Position numbers and translations under genes: made by a program. Below are positions 48,277 through 57,092 of a stretch of 64,000 nucleotides of DNA, piece by piece. Numbering within the stretch: position 1 is the stretch's first letter; every line of letters starts with the position of its first letter. Below the pieces are notes generated by a model that searched no databases, had not been told where the DNA came from, and saw only the letters and a list, made by a program, of their open reading frames with translations. Origin of the DNA: Candidatus Latescibacterota bacterium (lineage in GTDB: Bacteria; Latescibacterota; UBA2968; UBA8231); assembly GCA_965217585.1 (NCBI GenBank), contig OZ244561.1:5024001-5088000 (forward strand), read 5' to 3'.

Positions 48277-50400
48277 ATGAGTGGGGAACAACAGCATCGC
48301 TTGGCGTTGCCGCAGGGGACGCGCATACGGGATTTTGAGTTTCACCGCGTCCTTGGCTACGGCGGGTTTGGCATTACCTATCTGGGATGGAACATTGCCT
48401 TGGATATTCCCGTGGCGATCAAGGAGTATCTGCCCGCAGACTTGGCTACCCGCGAACAAGACCTGTCCGTTGTGCCGCAGTCGTCACAGACAGCGGCCGA
48501 TTTCCAATGGGGCTTGGAACGCTTCTTGGACGAAGTTCGAACCCTTGCACGCTTTCAGCACCGCAACATCGTCCGCGTCCATCATTTTTTTGAAGCGCAC
48601 AGTACTGCCTATATCACAATGGACTATGTGGAGGGGGAGGACTTGTCGGCGTATCTGACGCGCAAGGGGACGCTGAGCGAAGACGAGCTTAAAGCGATTC
48701 TGTATCCACTGTTGAGTGCTTTAGAAGTGATACATCAGGCTGATTTCCTACATCGAGACATCAAGCCGGGCAACATTGTCTTGCGCGATTCGGATGGTGC
48801 GCCGGTGTTGCTGGACTTTGGCTCGGCACGTCAGGCGATAGGAGCGAAGAGTCGTTCAGTTACGTCGATTGTGACGCCGGGGTATGCGCCGATCGAGCAG
48901 TATTCGAGTCGGGGTCGTCAGGGGCCTTGGACGGACCTTTATGCGTTGGGAGGTGTGTGTTATCGGGCGTTGACGGGTCAGGTGCCGGAGGATGCGACGG
49001 ATAGGGTGCGTCTCGATCCGTTGGTTCCGGTATCACAGCGGTGTGCGGGTCGGGTGAGTGGTGCGTTTTTGTCGGCGATAGATGTGGCGTTGTCGGTGGA
49101 TGAGGGGGATCGTCCGCAGAGTGTGGGGGCTTGGCGGGAGGCGTTGGAAGTGGATGTGGTGGAAGCAGAGGGGGATGAGTTGGCCGAAGTGCCGAGGCGT
49201 GGGACGGCGGAAATACAGGAGCTCGAGACGGCGGATGTCTCGGACGTGAGCAAGGGGGGACGCGACGCTTTACCATCGGATACCAAGAAAAAGGAAGCCG
49301 TCGAGCATAAACCAGCTAGCGCAAAGTGGGTGTTCGTAATCATGGGCGGGGTCATTTTTTTCGCGATACTCGCCGGTTTTTACGACGTAAAGAACGAGCG
49401 AGCGGTGTTGGAGAAGCAGCGTCGGGAACAGGCGGTGTTGGAGAAGCAGCGTCGGGAACAAGCGGTGTTGGAGAAGCAACGTCGGGAGCAGGCAGTGTTG
49501 GAGAAGCAACGTCGGGAACAGGCAGCGTTGGAGAAGCAACGTCGGGAACAGGCGGCGTTGGAGAAACAGCGTCGGGAACAGGCGGCGTTGGAGAAACAGC
49601 GTCGGGAACAAGCGGTGTTGGAGAAGCAGCGTCGGGAACAGGCGGCGTTGGAGAAACAGCGTCGGGAACAGGCGGCGTTAGAGAAGCAACGTCAGGAGGA
49701 ACAGGCAGTACTAAAAAAAGCAGGGGTGTACAGTCTGCACGATGCGGCGTCTAAGAATGCCTATGAGGCAGCCGAGGTGTTGCTCAAGCAGGGGGCTAAA
49801 GTCAATACCAAAGCCGACAATGGCTGGACGCCGCTACACGATGCGGCGCGGAAAAATGCTGCTATGACGGCCGAGGTGTTGCTCAAGGGGGGTGCCAACG
49901 TCCACGCCAAAGACAAATATGGCTGGACGCCGTTGCACAGGGCGGCGGAGAAGGATGCTTCTGCGACGGCGGAGATGTTGCTCAAGCAGGGAGCCGACGC
50001 CAATGCCAGAAATAACTATGGCGATACGCCGCTACACATAGCGGCGCGGAATAATGCTTCTAGGACGGTCGAGGTGTTACTCAAGCAGGGAGCCGACATC
50101 CACGCCAAAGACAAATATGGCGCTACGCCGCTGCACGTAGCGGCGGAGAAGGATGCTTTTGGGACGGCTGAGGTGTTGCTTAAGGGGGGAGCCGACGCTA
50201 ACGCCAAAAACAAATATGGCTGGACGCCGTTGCACTGGGCGGCGCGGAATAATGCTTCTTCGACGGCCGAGGTGTTACTCAAGGGGAGGGCCGACGCTAA
50301 CGCCAAAACCAACAAGGGCGGGACGCCGCTGCACGTAGCGGTGGGATGGAATGCTTCTGCGACGGCGGAGGTCTTGCGCCGTTACGGCGGTCGAAAGTGA
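48277..50400 (+). CDS. Kinase K3: Ser/Thr kinase-TM-coiled coil-ankyrin
   Basis: Hanks motifs; TM WVFVIMGGVIFFAILAGF; ten 10-aa repeats; about seven ankyrin repeats. Confidence 0.92.
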   Translation: MSGEQQHRLALPQGTRIRDFEFHRVLGYGGFGITYLGWNIALDIPVAIKEYLPADLATREQDLSVVPQSSQTAADFQWGLERFLDEVRTLARFQHRNIVRVHHFFEAHSTAYITMDYVEGEDLSAYLTRKGTLSEDELKAILYPLLSALEVIHQADFLHRDIKPGNIVLRDSDGAPVLLDFGSARQAIGAKSRSVTSIVTPGYAPIEQYSSRGRQGPWTDLYALGGVCYRALTGQVPEDATDRVRLDPLVPVSQRCAGRVSGAFLSAIDVALSVDEGDRPQSVGAWREALEVDVVEAEGDELAEVPRRGTAEIQELETADVSDVSKGGRDALPSDTKKKEAVEHKPASAKWVFVIMGGVIFFAILAGFYDVKNERAVLEKQRREQAVLEKQRREQAVLEKQRREQAVLEKQRREQAALEKQRREQAALEKQRREQAALEKQRREQAVLEKQRREQAALEKQRREQAALEKQRQEEQAVLKKAGVYSLHDAASKNAYEAAEVLLKQGAKVNTKADNGWTPLHDAARKNAAMTAEVLLKGGANVHAKDKYGWTPLHRAAEKDASATAEMLLKQGADANARNNYGDTPLHIAARNNASRTVEVLLKQGADIHAKDKYGATPLHVAAEKDAFGTAEVLLKGGADANAKNKYGWTPLHWAARNNASSTAEVLLKGRADANAKTNKGGTPLHVAVGWNASATAEVLRRYGGRK
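49402..49701 (+). repeat. 30-bp coding tandem repeat x10 (A[V/A]LEKQRREQ)
   Basis: gcgg(t/c)gttggagaa(g/a)ca(g/a)cgtcggga(a/g)ca(g/a) units. Confidence 0.92.
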
Positions 50401-50433
50401 AATAAGCTGATTTTTGAAACAATTGGAGATGCT

Positions 50434-51987
50434 ATGAGCGAAGAGCACCATCGCTTGGCGTTGCCGCAGGGGACGCGCATACGAGACTTTGAGTTTCACC
50501 GCGTCCTTGGCTACGGCGGATTTGGTATTACCTATCTGGGATGGAACATTGCCTTGGATATTCCCGTGGCGATCAAGGAGTATCTGCCTGCGGACTTGGC
50601 TACCCGCGAACAAGACCTGTCCGTCGTGCCGCAAACGACTCAGGCGGCGTCGGATTTCCAATGGGGCTTGGAACGCTTCTTGGACGAAGCTCGCGTCCTA
50701 GCGCGCTTTCAGCACCCCAACATCGTCCGCGTCCATCACTTCTTTGAGGCGCACAGCACGGCCTATATCGTGATGGACTATGTGGAGGGGGAAGATTTAT
50801 CGGTGTATCTGACGCGCAAAGGGACGCTGAGCGAAGACGAGCTTAAGGCCGTTTTGTATCCGTTGCTCAATGGCTTAGAAGTGGTGCATCGGGCTGATTT
50901 CCTGCATCGGGACATCAAGCCGGGCAATATCGTCCTGCGCGCTGAGGATGGTTCGCCGGTGTTGCTGGACTTTGGCGCGGCGCGTCAGGCGATAGGGGCA
51001 AAGAGTCGTTCGGTTACGTCGATCGTGACGCCGGGGTATGCGCCGATCGAGCAGTATTCGAGTCGTGGGCGTCAAGGGGCGTGGACGGACATTTATGCGT
51101 TGGGGGGCGTGTGCTATCGAGCGTTGACCGGGCAGGTGCCCGACGATGCGACGGATAGGGTGCGGAATGACCCGCTGATTCCGGTGGTGAAGCGGTGTGC
51201 GGGTCAAGCGAGTCGAGGAATTCTTTCGGCGATCGATTTAGCGTTGTCGGTAGATGAGGGGGATCGTCCACAGAGTATTGGGGCTTGGCGGGAGACGTTG
51301 GGGGCGGATGTGGCCTCGCAGCAAGAGTGTCGCCAAGAAGAGGAAAGGCAGTCAAGGGCCTCGTCGCCGAGTCGTCCGCCGAGATTGTCCACCTCGCAGC
51401 ACGAACACCGCCAAGAAGAAAAGAAAAAAGAGGGCATAGGCGGCGAGACCGCTGGTTCGCCTCTCACTACTCAGTCAGCGGCCAAAGTTAAAGATGCGGA
51501 GCACCTGAACACATGGTTTAAGCTCCACTGTATTTGCCTTGCTGCTATCATACCGTTGGGCGTCTCTGCTGCCGGGCTTGCCGTGTTCGGTTTACTTGCT
51601 GTCGTGTCCGGTTTACTTGCTGTGGTATTCGGTTTACGTATCCTGCATAAATTGTGGTCACTCATCCCCAATCACAAAGCAAGGACGACACCAGGCAAAG
51701 CAGTTGGATTTCTCTTTATACCGTTTTTTAATCTCTACTGGAACTTCGTTGCAATTTACGGTCTCGCCAAAGCTCTCAATACCGAAACCGGTCGAAGATC
51801 AGTCAGCGAGGTGGCTAGTTTTATCTATTGCTGCTCATTTATGGTCGCCGCGATGGCCTCCCTAGTGAATACAATGGAGGACCGGACTTTGATAATCGCT
51901 ATTGGATATATTGTTGGGGGTGTGCTCTGGTTCATCATTCTAAAGCAAATGAAGAACGCCGGCAGACTCATTTTGCAGACGGCATAA
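50434..51987 (+). CDS. Kinase K4: Ser/Thr kinase with a polytopic C-terminal membrane domain (DUF4328-like)
   Basis: Hanks motifs; C-terminal TM segments with TPGKAVGFLFIPFFNLYW. Confidence 0.88.
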   Translation: MSEEHHRLALPQGTRIRDFEFHRVLGYGGFGITYLGWNIALDIPVAIKEYLPADLATREQDLSVVPQTTQAASDFQWGLERFLDEARVLARFQHPNIVRVHHFFEAHSTAYIVMDYVEGEDLSVYLTRKGTLSEDELKAVLYPLLNGLEVVHRADFLHRDIKPGNIVLRAEDGSPVLLDFGAARQAIGAKSRSVTSIVTPGYAPIEQYSSRGRQGAWTDIYALGGVCYRALTGQVPDDATDRVRNDPLIPVVKRCAGQASRGILSAIDLALSVDEGDRPQSIGAWRETLGADVASQQECRQEEERQSRASSPSRPPRLSTSQHEHRQEEKKKEGIGGETAGSPLTTQSAAKVKDAEHLNTWFKLHCICLAAIIPLGVSAAGLAVFGLLAVVSGLLAVVFGLRILHKLWSLIPNHKARTTPGKAVGFLFIPFFNLYWNFVAIYGLAKALNTETGRRSVSEVASFIYCCSFMVAAMASLVNTMEDRTLIIAIGYIVGGVLWFIILKQMKNAGRLILQTA

Positions 51988-52015
51988 TGGAATCACTCGC
52001 AAAAAAGGAGAAGCT

Positions 52016-52380
52016 ATGTTTCGCTCGCTATCACCGGGGGCTATCGGCGCAAGCGTAGAGAACCTCGCAGATGGGCTTGATTTGGCCGCGCGGCACGGGT
52101 TTGCCGGGTATCACTTTAGCATTGGCGAAGTCGCGGCCATGGGCGCAGAAGAGGCTCTCGCGCTGGCCGAGCGCAAGGGCGTGCGCCTGTCGGCGTGGGG
52201 ATTTCCCGTTGATTTTCGCGGGGAGGAGGCCGCATACCAAGCGAGCTTGGCGCAGTTGCCGGAGTTGGCAAAGGTGGCGGCGGCCTTGGGGGTGCGGCGG
52301 ACGGCGACTTGGATCGCGCAGGCTTCGGACGAGTGGATTTAACAAAACAATTTCGCCGTTCACGTCGAGCGGCTCCGGCC
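52016..52380 (+). pseudogene. 5' duplicate fragment of the epimerase at 53423
   Basis: The first ~300 bp are nearly identical to 53423-53722; it then diverges, with an in-frame TAA at 52340-52342. Confidence 0.88.
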
Positions 52381-52392
52381 AAGGCGCGAGGG

Positions 52393-52672
52393 TTAGGTCA
52401 ATTTGAGGGCGGCGAACAAGAGACCCATCAGGGCAATTTGGGTTCCAATGACCCAATAGATGCGTCCGTTGAGCGCGTCTAATCGGCGGTGTACCTCGGC
52501 GATGTCTTGCCGCATGTCTTGCCTCAAGCCGGCGTTGTCCTGCCTCAAGCCGGCGTTGGCATATCGTTGGTGTGTCTCGATGCGGTCGAGGCGTCGCTCG
52601 ATGCTGTCTAATCGCTTGGACAACTCCACTTGCACGGGATCGGGTCTGACTTTGGGGGGCTGCTGTATGATC
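52393..52672 (-). CDS. Small coiled-coil protein with a C-terminal TM (DUF1640-like); start uncertain, possibly a remnant
   Basis: RLDSIERRLDRIE...LRQD repeats...RIYWVIGTQIALMGLLFAALKL. Confidence 0.45.
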
Positions 52673-52709
52673 GTTTGAAAAGCTGAGAAAGGAGGCTTTG
52701 GGAGAAAGA

Positions 52710-52868
52710 TCAGTATGAAAACGAATAGGTTCGAGAAGCTCCTGTATCGAGGAGGACAGGGCATACATGAAGCTGACTATCAGGGGTAGGGTCTTGGACT
52801 GCGTCGAGAAAACCAACCTGCCAGATTAGACCCTGAGTCCAATCAAACCGCCCTGTGAATACCGACAT
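52710..52868 (-). pseudogene. Truncated retropepsin-like aspartyl protease
   Basis: My translation: MSVFTGRFDWTQGLIWQVGFLDAVQDPTPDSQLHVCPVLLDTGASRTYSFSY*, containing the DTGA motif; overlaps the upstream small gene. Confidence 0.65.
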
Positions 52869-53103
52869 GAGAAAAATATCCTAAATCAATGGAATGGTGC
52901 GTAATCTGTTGCACTGAGAAGTGCCCATCTATCAGTTTGTTTCCCGCAGCAATTGCATCTCTGCTCGTATCGAAGCAGGCAAGCACTTCCTGATTGTGCA
53001 TGAGGGCAAACCTGTTCGGATGGGTTTGCATCAACTCGGGCAACTTGGCCTTAAAAGCCTCGTAGTTTGCATCCACCTCTTGCTGTCGGCTAATGCTTTC
53101 CAT
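52843..53103 (-). CDS. Small DUF5678-like protein, typical partner of a retropepsin
   Basis: NYEAF...LPELM..HPNRFALMH..EV...FDT..DAI.AG......FSVQ.I; AGGAG RBS. Confidence 0.65.
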   Translation of the reverse strand: MESISRQQEVDANYEAFKAKLPELMQTHPNRFALMHNQEVLACFDTSRDAIAAGNKLIDGHFSVQQITHHSIDLGYFSHVGIHRAV

Positions 53104-53422
53104 GTCTATTCTCCTTGTTCATACACGCCTATTTAGGGTTGGAATAAGCAGGAAAGTGATGTTAATGGAGGGGGCGTTCTCCGTCAAGGTCTTTTGAATG
53201 CCTTGTCTCCACAGGCCATCTCACTCTATCTTTCATGCTGGCCAACGTTTCTTGCAGATCCCGCCTTAGCCAGGTTATCTGCTGGATACAAGAGCCTTCA
53301 ATCCGGTCCTGCTCACAGGACAAACCCCTTCTCAGTCCGCCTTTGAGTGACAGACCATCCAGATCGGCGGCGAGACCTATCGCGCTCAGGCTCGCCAACA
53401 ATCAATCAAATAAGGAAAAGCT

Positions 53423-54256
53423 ATGTTTCGCTCGCTATCACCGGGAGCTATCGGCGCAAGCGTAGAGAATCTCGCAGACGGGCTTGATTTGGCCGCGCGG
53501 CACGGGTTCGCCGGGTATCACTTTAGCATTGGCGAAGTCGCGGCCATGGGCGCGGAAGAGGCCCTCGCGCTGGCCGAGCGCAAGGGCGTGCGCCTGTCGG
53601 CGTGGGGATTTCCCGTTGATTTTCGCGGGGAGGAGGCCGCATATCAAGCGAGCTTGGCGCAGTTGCCGGAGTTGGCAAAGGTGGCGGCGGCGTTGGGGGT
53701 GCGGCGGACGGCAACTTGGATCATGCCGACCTCGGACGAGCTGACGTACCAAGAGAACTTCGCCTTTCACGTCGAGCGGCTGCGGCCGGTCGCCGCGGTA
53801 CTCGCCGACGAAGGCGTGAGGTTGGGCTTGGAATACGTCGCGCCGAAAACGTTGTGGTCGAGCAAAAAGTACGAGTTCGTCCACACCATGGAGCAAATGG
53901 CGGAACTGTGCCAGGCCGTAGGCGAGAACGCGGGCTTTCTGCTCGATAGCTGGCATTGGTACACCGCCCACGAGACTGCTGCGGATCTGCGCCGTTTGCG
54001 CCCCCAGCAAGTGGTAGATGTACACGTCAACGATGCACCGGCCGGCGTAGAAATTGACGACCAGCTCGACAATGTGCGCGACTTGCCCGGGGCGACCGGC
54101 GTAATCGACATCGAGGCATTCCTCAGCGCCTTGCAGCACATCGGCTATGACGGGCCGGTCATGGTCGAGCCGTTCAGCCAGCGGCTGCGCGCCATGGAGC
54201 GGGAAGAGGCCGTGGCGGCTGCGGCCGCCGCGCTGGGCCGCGTGTGGATATCGTAG
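53423..54256 (+). CDS. Sugar phosphate isomerase/epimerase (TIM barrel)
   Basis: LGLEYV, LLDSWHW, VHVNDA, R.LPGATGVID, VEPFS. Confidence 0.88.
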   Translation: MFRSLSPGAIGASVENLADGLDLAARHGFAGYHFSIGEVAAMGAEEALALAERKGVRLSAWGFPVDFRGEEAAYQASLAQLPELAKVAAALGVRRTATWIMPTSDELTYQENFAFHVERLRPVAAVLADEGVRLGLEYVAPKTLWSSKKYEFVHTMEQMAELCQAVGENAGFLLDSWHWYTAHETAADLRRLRPQQVVDVHVNDAPAGVEIDDQLDNVRDLPGATGVIDIEAFLSALQHIGYDGPVMVEPFSQRLRAMEREEAVAAAAAALGRVWIS

Positions 54257-54280
54257 GGGCAACCGGCCGGTCGCCCCTAC
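54253..54280. repeat. REP-like palindrome, second copy; supplies the epimerase TAG stop
   Basis: GTAGGGGCAACCGGCCGGTCGCCCCTAC, one mismatch from 29485-29512. Confidence 0.8.
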
Positions 54281-54289
54281 TCACGTGAC

Positions 54290-56044
54290 ATGGAAACCCG
54301 CACGATTGAATGCGACATCTTGGTCTTGGGCGGCGGCTTGGGCGGCGTGGCCGCGGCCGTGCGCGCCGCCCGCCTAGGCTACCGAGTCTGCCTGACCGAA
54401 GAAAACCCGTGGCTCGGCGGCCAAGCCACCAGCCAGGGCGTCGCTGCCTTAGACGAGCATCCGCACATAGAGCACTTTGGCGGCACGGCTCTCTACGGCG
54501 AATTCCGCGCTGGTATCCGCGCGTACTATCGCCGCAAATACAAACTGAAAAACCCCGACGACCCGCACTTCAACCCTGGAGCCGGATGGGTCTCTGCCCT
54601 GTGCTTTGAGCCGCGAGCCGGCCTAACGGCCCTGTTGTCCTTAGTCGTACCCCAAGTCGAGGCCGGCCGCCTGATGCTGTTTTACTATGCCCGCGCGTCT
54701 GCCGCCCACGTCCAAGGCCAGTCCATCCGCACCGTAGATGTCGTCCAAGACGGCGGCACGCACATCTTGCGCTTTGCCCCGGCGTATGTGCTCGACGCCA
54801 CCGAGCTGGGCGATCTGCTACCCCTGCTGCCCGTCCCCTATGTCTCCGGCGCTGAAAGCCGCGACCAGACCGGCGAGCCGCACGCCCGCTCTGAAGGCCC
54901 GGCTCCGCATCTGACTCAGTCTTTTACCTGCCCGTTTGCGGTCGATTTCTGCCCCGGTCAAGATCACACCATTCCCCGCCCGCCCAACTACGAGCGCCAC
55001 CGCGACCAGCAGCCCTACACCTTGACCTTGCAGTACGCCCGCGGCCTGCGCACGTACCGGTTCTTCGAGACCGCCGGCGACTTGCCCGGCTCCTTTTGGG
55101 CCTACCGCCGCCTGTTGTGCGCCGATCAATTCGCCGAGGGGCAGGTGCCTAGGGACGTGGCGTTGATCAACTGGCCGGGCAACGACTACACCGGCGGCAC
55201 CCTGATCGACGTGCCGCCCGCCGAGCGAGCGCAGCAGCTAGCGGCGGCCAAGGAACTGAGTTTGGGGTTGTTGTACTGGTTACAAACTGAGGTGCCGCGC
55301 GACGACGGCCGCGGCCGTGGCTATCCCGAGCTGCGGCTGCGCCCAGACATCATGGGGACCGCTGACGGCTTCTCCCAGCACCCCTACATCCGCGAGTCCC
55401 GGCGCATCGAAGCGCGCAAGACCATTGTCGAGCAAGAGGTAGCTGCCCCGCACCAGCCCAATGCGCGCGCCGCCCCTTTTAGCGACAGCGTTGGCGTGGG
55501 CTGGTACGCCATCGACATCCACGGCCAAGCCACTGACATAGTGTATATCGCGCCAACCAAGCCCTTCCAGATCCCGTTGGGAGCGCTCGTGTCGCGGCAC
55601 TTGGACAACTTGCTGGCGGCCTGCAAGAACATCGGCACCACGCACATCACCAATGGCTGCTACCGTCTGCATCCCGTGGAGTGGAATATCGGCGAAGCCG
55701 CCGGTGCTTTGGCCGCTTTTTGCTTGGGCCAGCAGCAGACCCCAGCGGATGTGTGTAGCAGCGCGGCTCTGCGCCGCCAGTACCAGCAGACCTTGCTGGA
55801 GGCTGGCGTGCCGCTGTATTGGTACGAGGACGTGCCGCTGGGGCACCCGGCCTTTGCGGCCGTGCAGATGCTGGCCGTGGAGGGAATATGGCCGGGCTGC
55901 GCCGATCATTTGCGCTTCGATCCAGACGCCTTGGCCAGCGCACCCGCCGAACGCCTGCGGGCCGCAGGCTTGTCACCGGATCTCGCAGGCCGCGACCCCA
56001 TAACGCGCGGGGACTTAGCGCGCCGGATGGCCCAGCATTTGTAA
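54290..56044 (+). CDS. FAD-dependent oxidoreductase (FAD_oxidored family)
   Basis: GGGLGGVAAA, WLGGQ.TSQGV, DATELGDL, PYIRESRR, PFQIPLGAL, YRLHPVEWNIGEAAG. Confidence 0.88.
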   Translation: METRTIECDILVLGGGLGGVAAAVRAARLGYRVCLTEENPWLGGQATSQGVAALDEHPHIEHFGGTALYGEFRAGIRAYYRRKYKLKNPDDPHFNPGAGWVSALCFEPRAGLTALLSLVVPQVEAGRLMLFYYARASAAHVQGQSIRTVDVVQDGGTHILRFAPAYVLDATELGDLLPLLPVPYVSGAESRDQTGEPHARSEGPAPHLTQSFTCPFAVDFCPGQDHTIPRPPNYERHRDQQPYTLTLQYARGLRTYRFFETAGDLPGSFWAYRRLLCADQFAEGQVPRDVALINWPGNDYTGGTLIDVPPAERAQQLAAAKELSLGLLYWLQTEVPRDDGRGRGYPELRLRPDIMGTADGFSQHPYIRESRRIEARKTIVEQEVAAPHQPNARAAPFSDSVGVGWYAIDIHGQATDIVYIAPTKPFQIPLGALVSRHLDNLLAACKNIGTTHITNGCYRLHPVEWNIGEAAGALAAFCLGQQQTPADVCSSAALRRQYQQTLLEAGVPLYWYEDVPLGHPAFAAVQMLAVEGIWPGCADHLRFDPDALASAPAERLRAAGLSPDLAGRDPITRGDLARRMAQHL

Positions 56045-56067
56045 AGGATAATCCGATGGCGTATAAT
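56039..56067 (+). promoter_or_regulatory. Putative sigma70 promoter of tRNA-Thr
   Basis: TTGTAA-17 bp-TATAAT, ending 10 bp upstream of the tRNA. Confidence 0.6.
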
Positions 56068-56077
56068 TTGAGGGAGA

Positions 56078-56153
<76 letters not shown>

Positions 56154-56430
56154 ATAAATTATAGAAATTACATCGAATAGTGATCTCGGATTGCGTAAGT
56201 CGGTGTTTTTACGCAAGCCAGCTCTCCGTTAGGAGAATCAGCGGGGCCTATTTGTTGCTACACTATCTATAGATACCAGGGTCTAGATCCGGTGTCAAGG
56301 CAATCAGTGTCCTTCGATTGCCTGCTGGCGTATGGGCTTGCAGGGATTGACAGGACATTTTTATTTTTGTATAGGATGTGTTCCTTGACCCAGTCAGGGA
56401 ACAACGGTCATCGACGTCCCGGAGAGGAGA

Positions 56431-57090
56431 ATGCTTATGACCCAGCAAGGCACAACGCTGGCGATGGAATACCTATTGCATTCCTTGAACATCGTTATTC
56501 TTGCAGAGTCTCACGATCCGACTATTCTCAAGCCGAGTGTCCTGGTAGATAGAGGGATTGTGCCTACGGATTGGAAAGTAGTCAAGTCGGAGAACTCGCT
56601 GGTAGAGTCAACTGTGCAATATGAAAAAATTGTAGTGAATATCAATCCATCACGATTGGAGTTCATAGAGGGTTGCGAGAGTCCTTTTAGAGACGAGTAT
56701 AGTGTCTATGGATTGGTTGACGCCTACTTATCAGCGTTCCCTTACGTTCCTTATAAGGGCTTTGGGATTAATCATAGGGTATATATGGATATAGAGAATC
56801 CAGAGCAATGGATACGTCAGCATTTTTTGCGACTGGGAAGTGACCTCAAGATATTGAGTGTCCAACAGACCCTTGATATAGGCACAGACGATGGGTTAGT
56901 ATGTAGAATCTTAGTTAATCCGGCGACTAGAAATCCTCCTCAGGGTAATCCCCAAAGAACAGTCATATTTGACAGCAACATCCATCATCCGGATCTGGAC
57001 GCTGATGAGATGCGAGCTGCTATTAGCCGATGGCCAGAGAAGCAAGCCTTTGTCATCTCGGTGATAGATGAACTCTTGAAGGGGGAATAG
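56431..57090 (+). CDS. Hypothetical protein (TIGR04255-like), island gene 1
   Basis: NIVILAESHDPTILKP..L...GIVP.DW, GFGINH, FDSNIH; low GC; family call from memory only. Confidence 0.55.
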   Translation: MLMTQQGTTLAMEYLLHSLNIVILAESHDPTILKPSVLVDRGIVPTDWKVVKSENSLVESTVQYEKIVVNINPSRLEFIEGCESPFRDEYSVYGLVDAYLSAFPYVPYKGFGINHRVYMDIENPEQWIRQHFLRLGSDLKILSVQQTLDIGTDDGLVCRILVNPATRNPPQGNPQRTVIFDSNIHHPDLDADEMRAAISRWPEKQAFVISVIDELLKGE

Positions 57091-57092
57091 GT

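Noticed and set aside
37957-49701. 30-bp tandem repeats as CRISPR arrays
   Set aside because: The units are contiguous with no spacers, vary mainly at synonymous positions and encode an in-frame coiled coil.
36549-51987. T6SS regulatory module or TerY-P triad
   Set aside because: No tss, hcp or vgrG genes in the window; the vWA protein is membrane-anchored with a stalk rather than TerY-like. A trans-acting link to a distant T6SS cannot be excluded.
36549-51987. Diversity-generating retroelement behind kinase/ankyrin variation
   Set aside because: No reverse transcriptase, and the differences between repeats are not adenine-specific.
53162-53401. 79-aa ORF in the epimerase cargo
   Set aside because: Weak start and no recognisable motif; possibly a decayed small coiled-coil gene, but not supportable.
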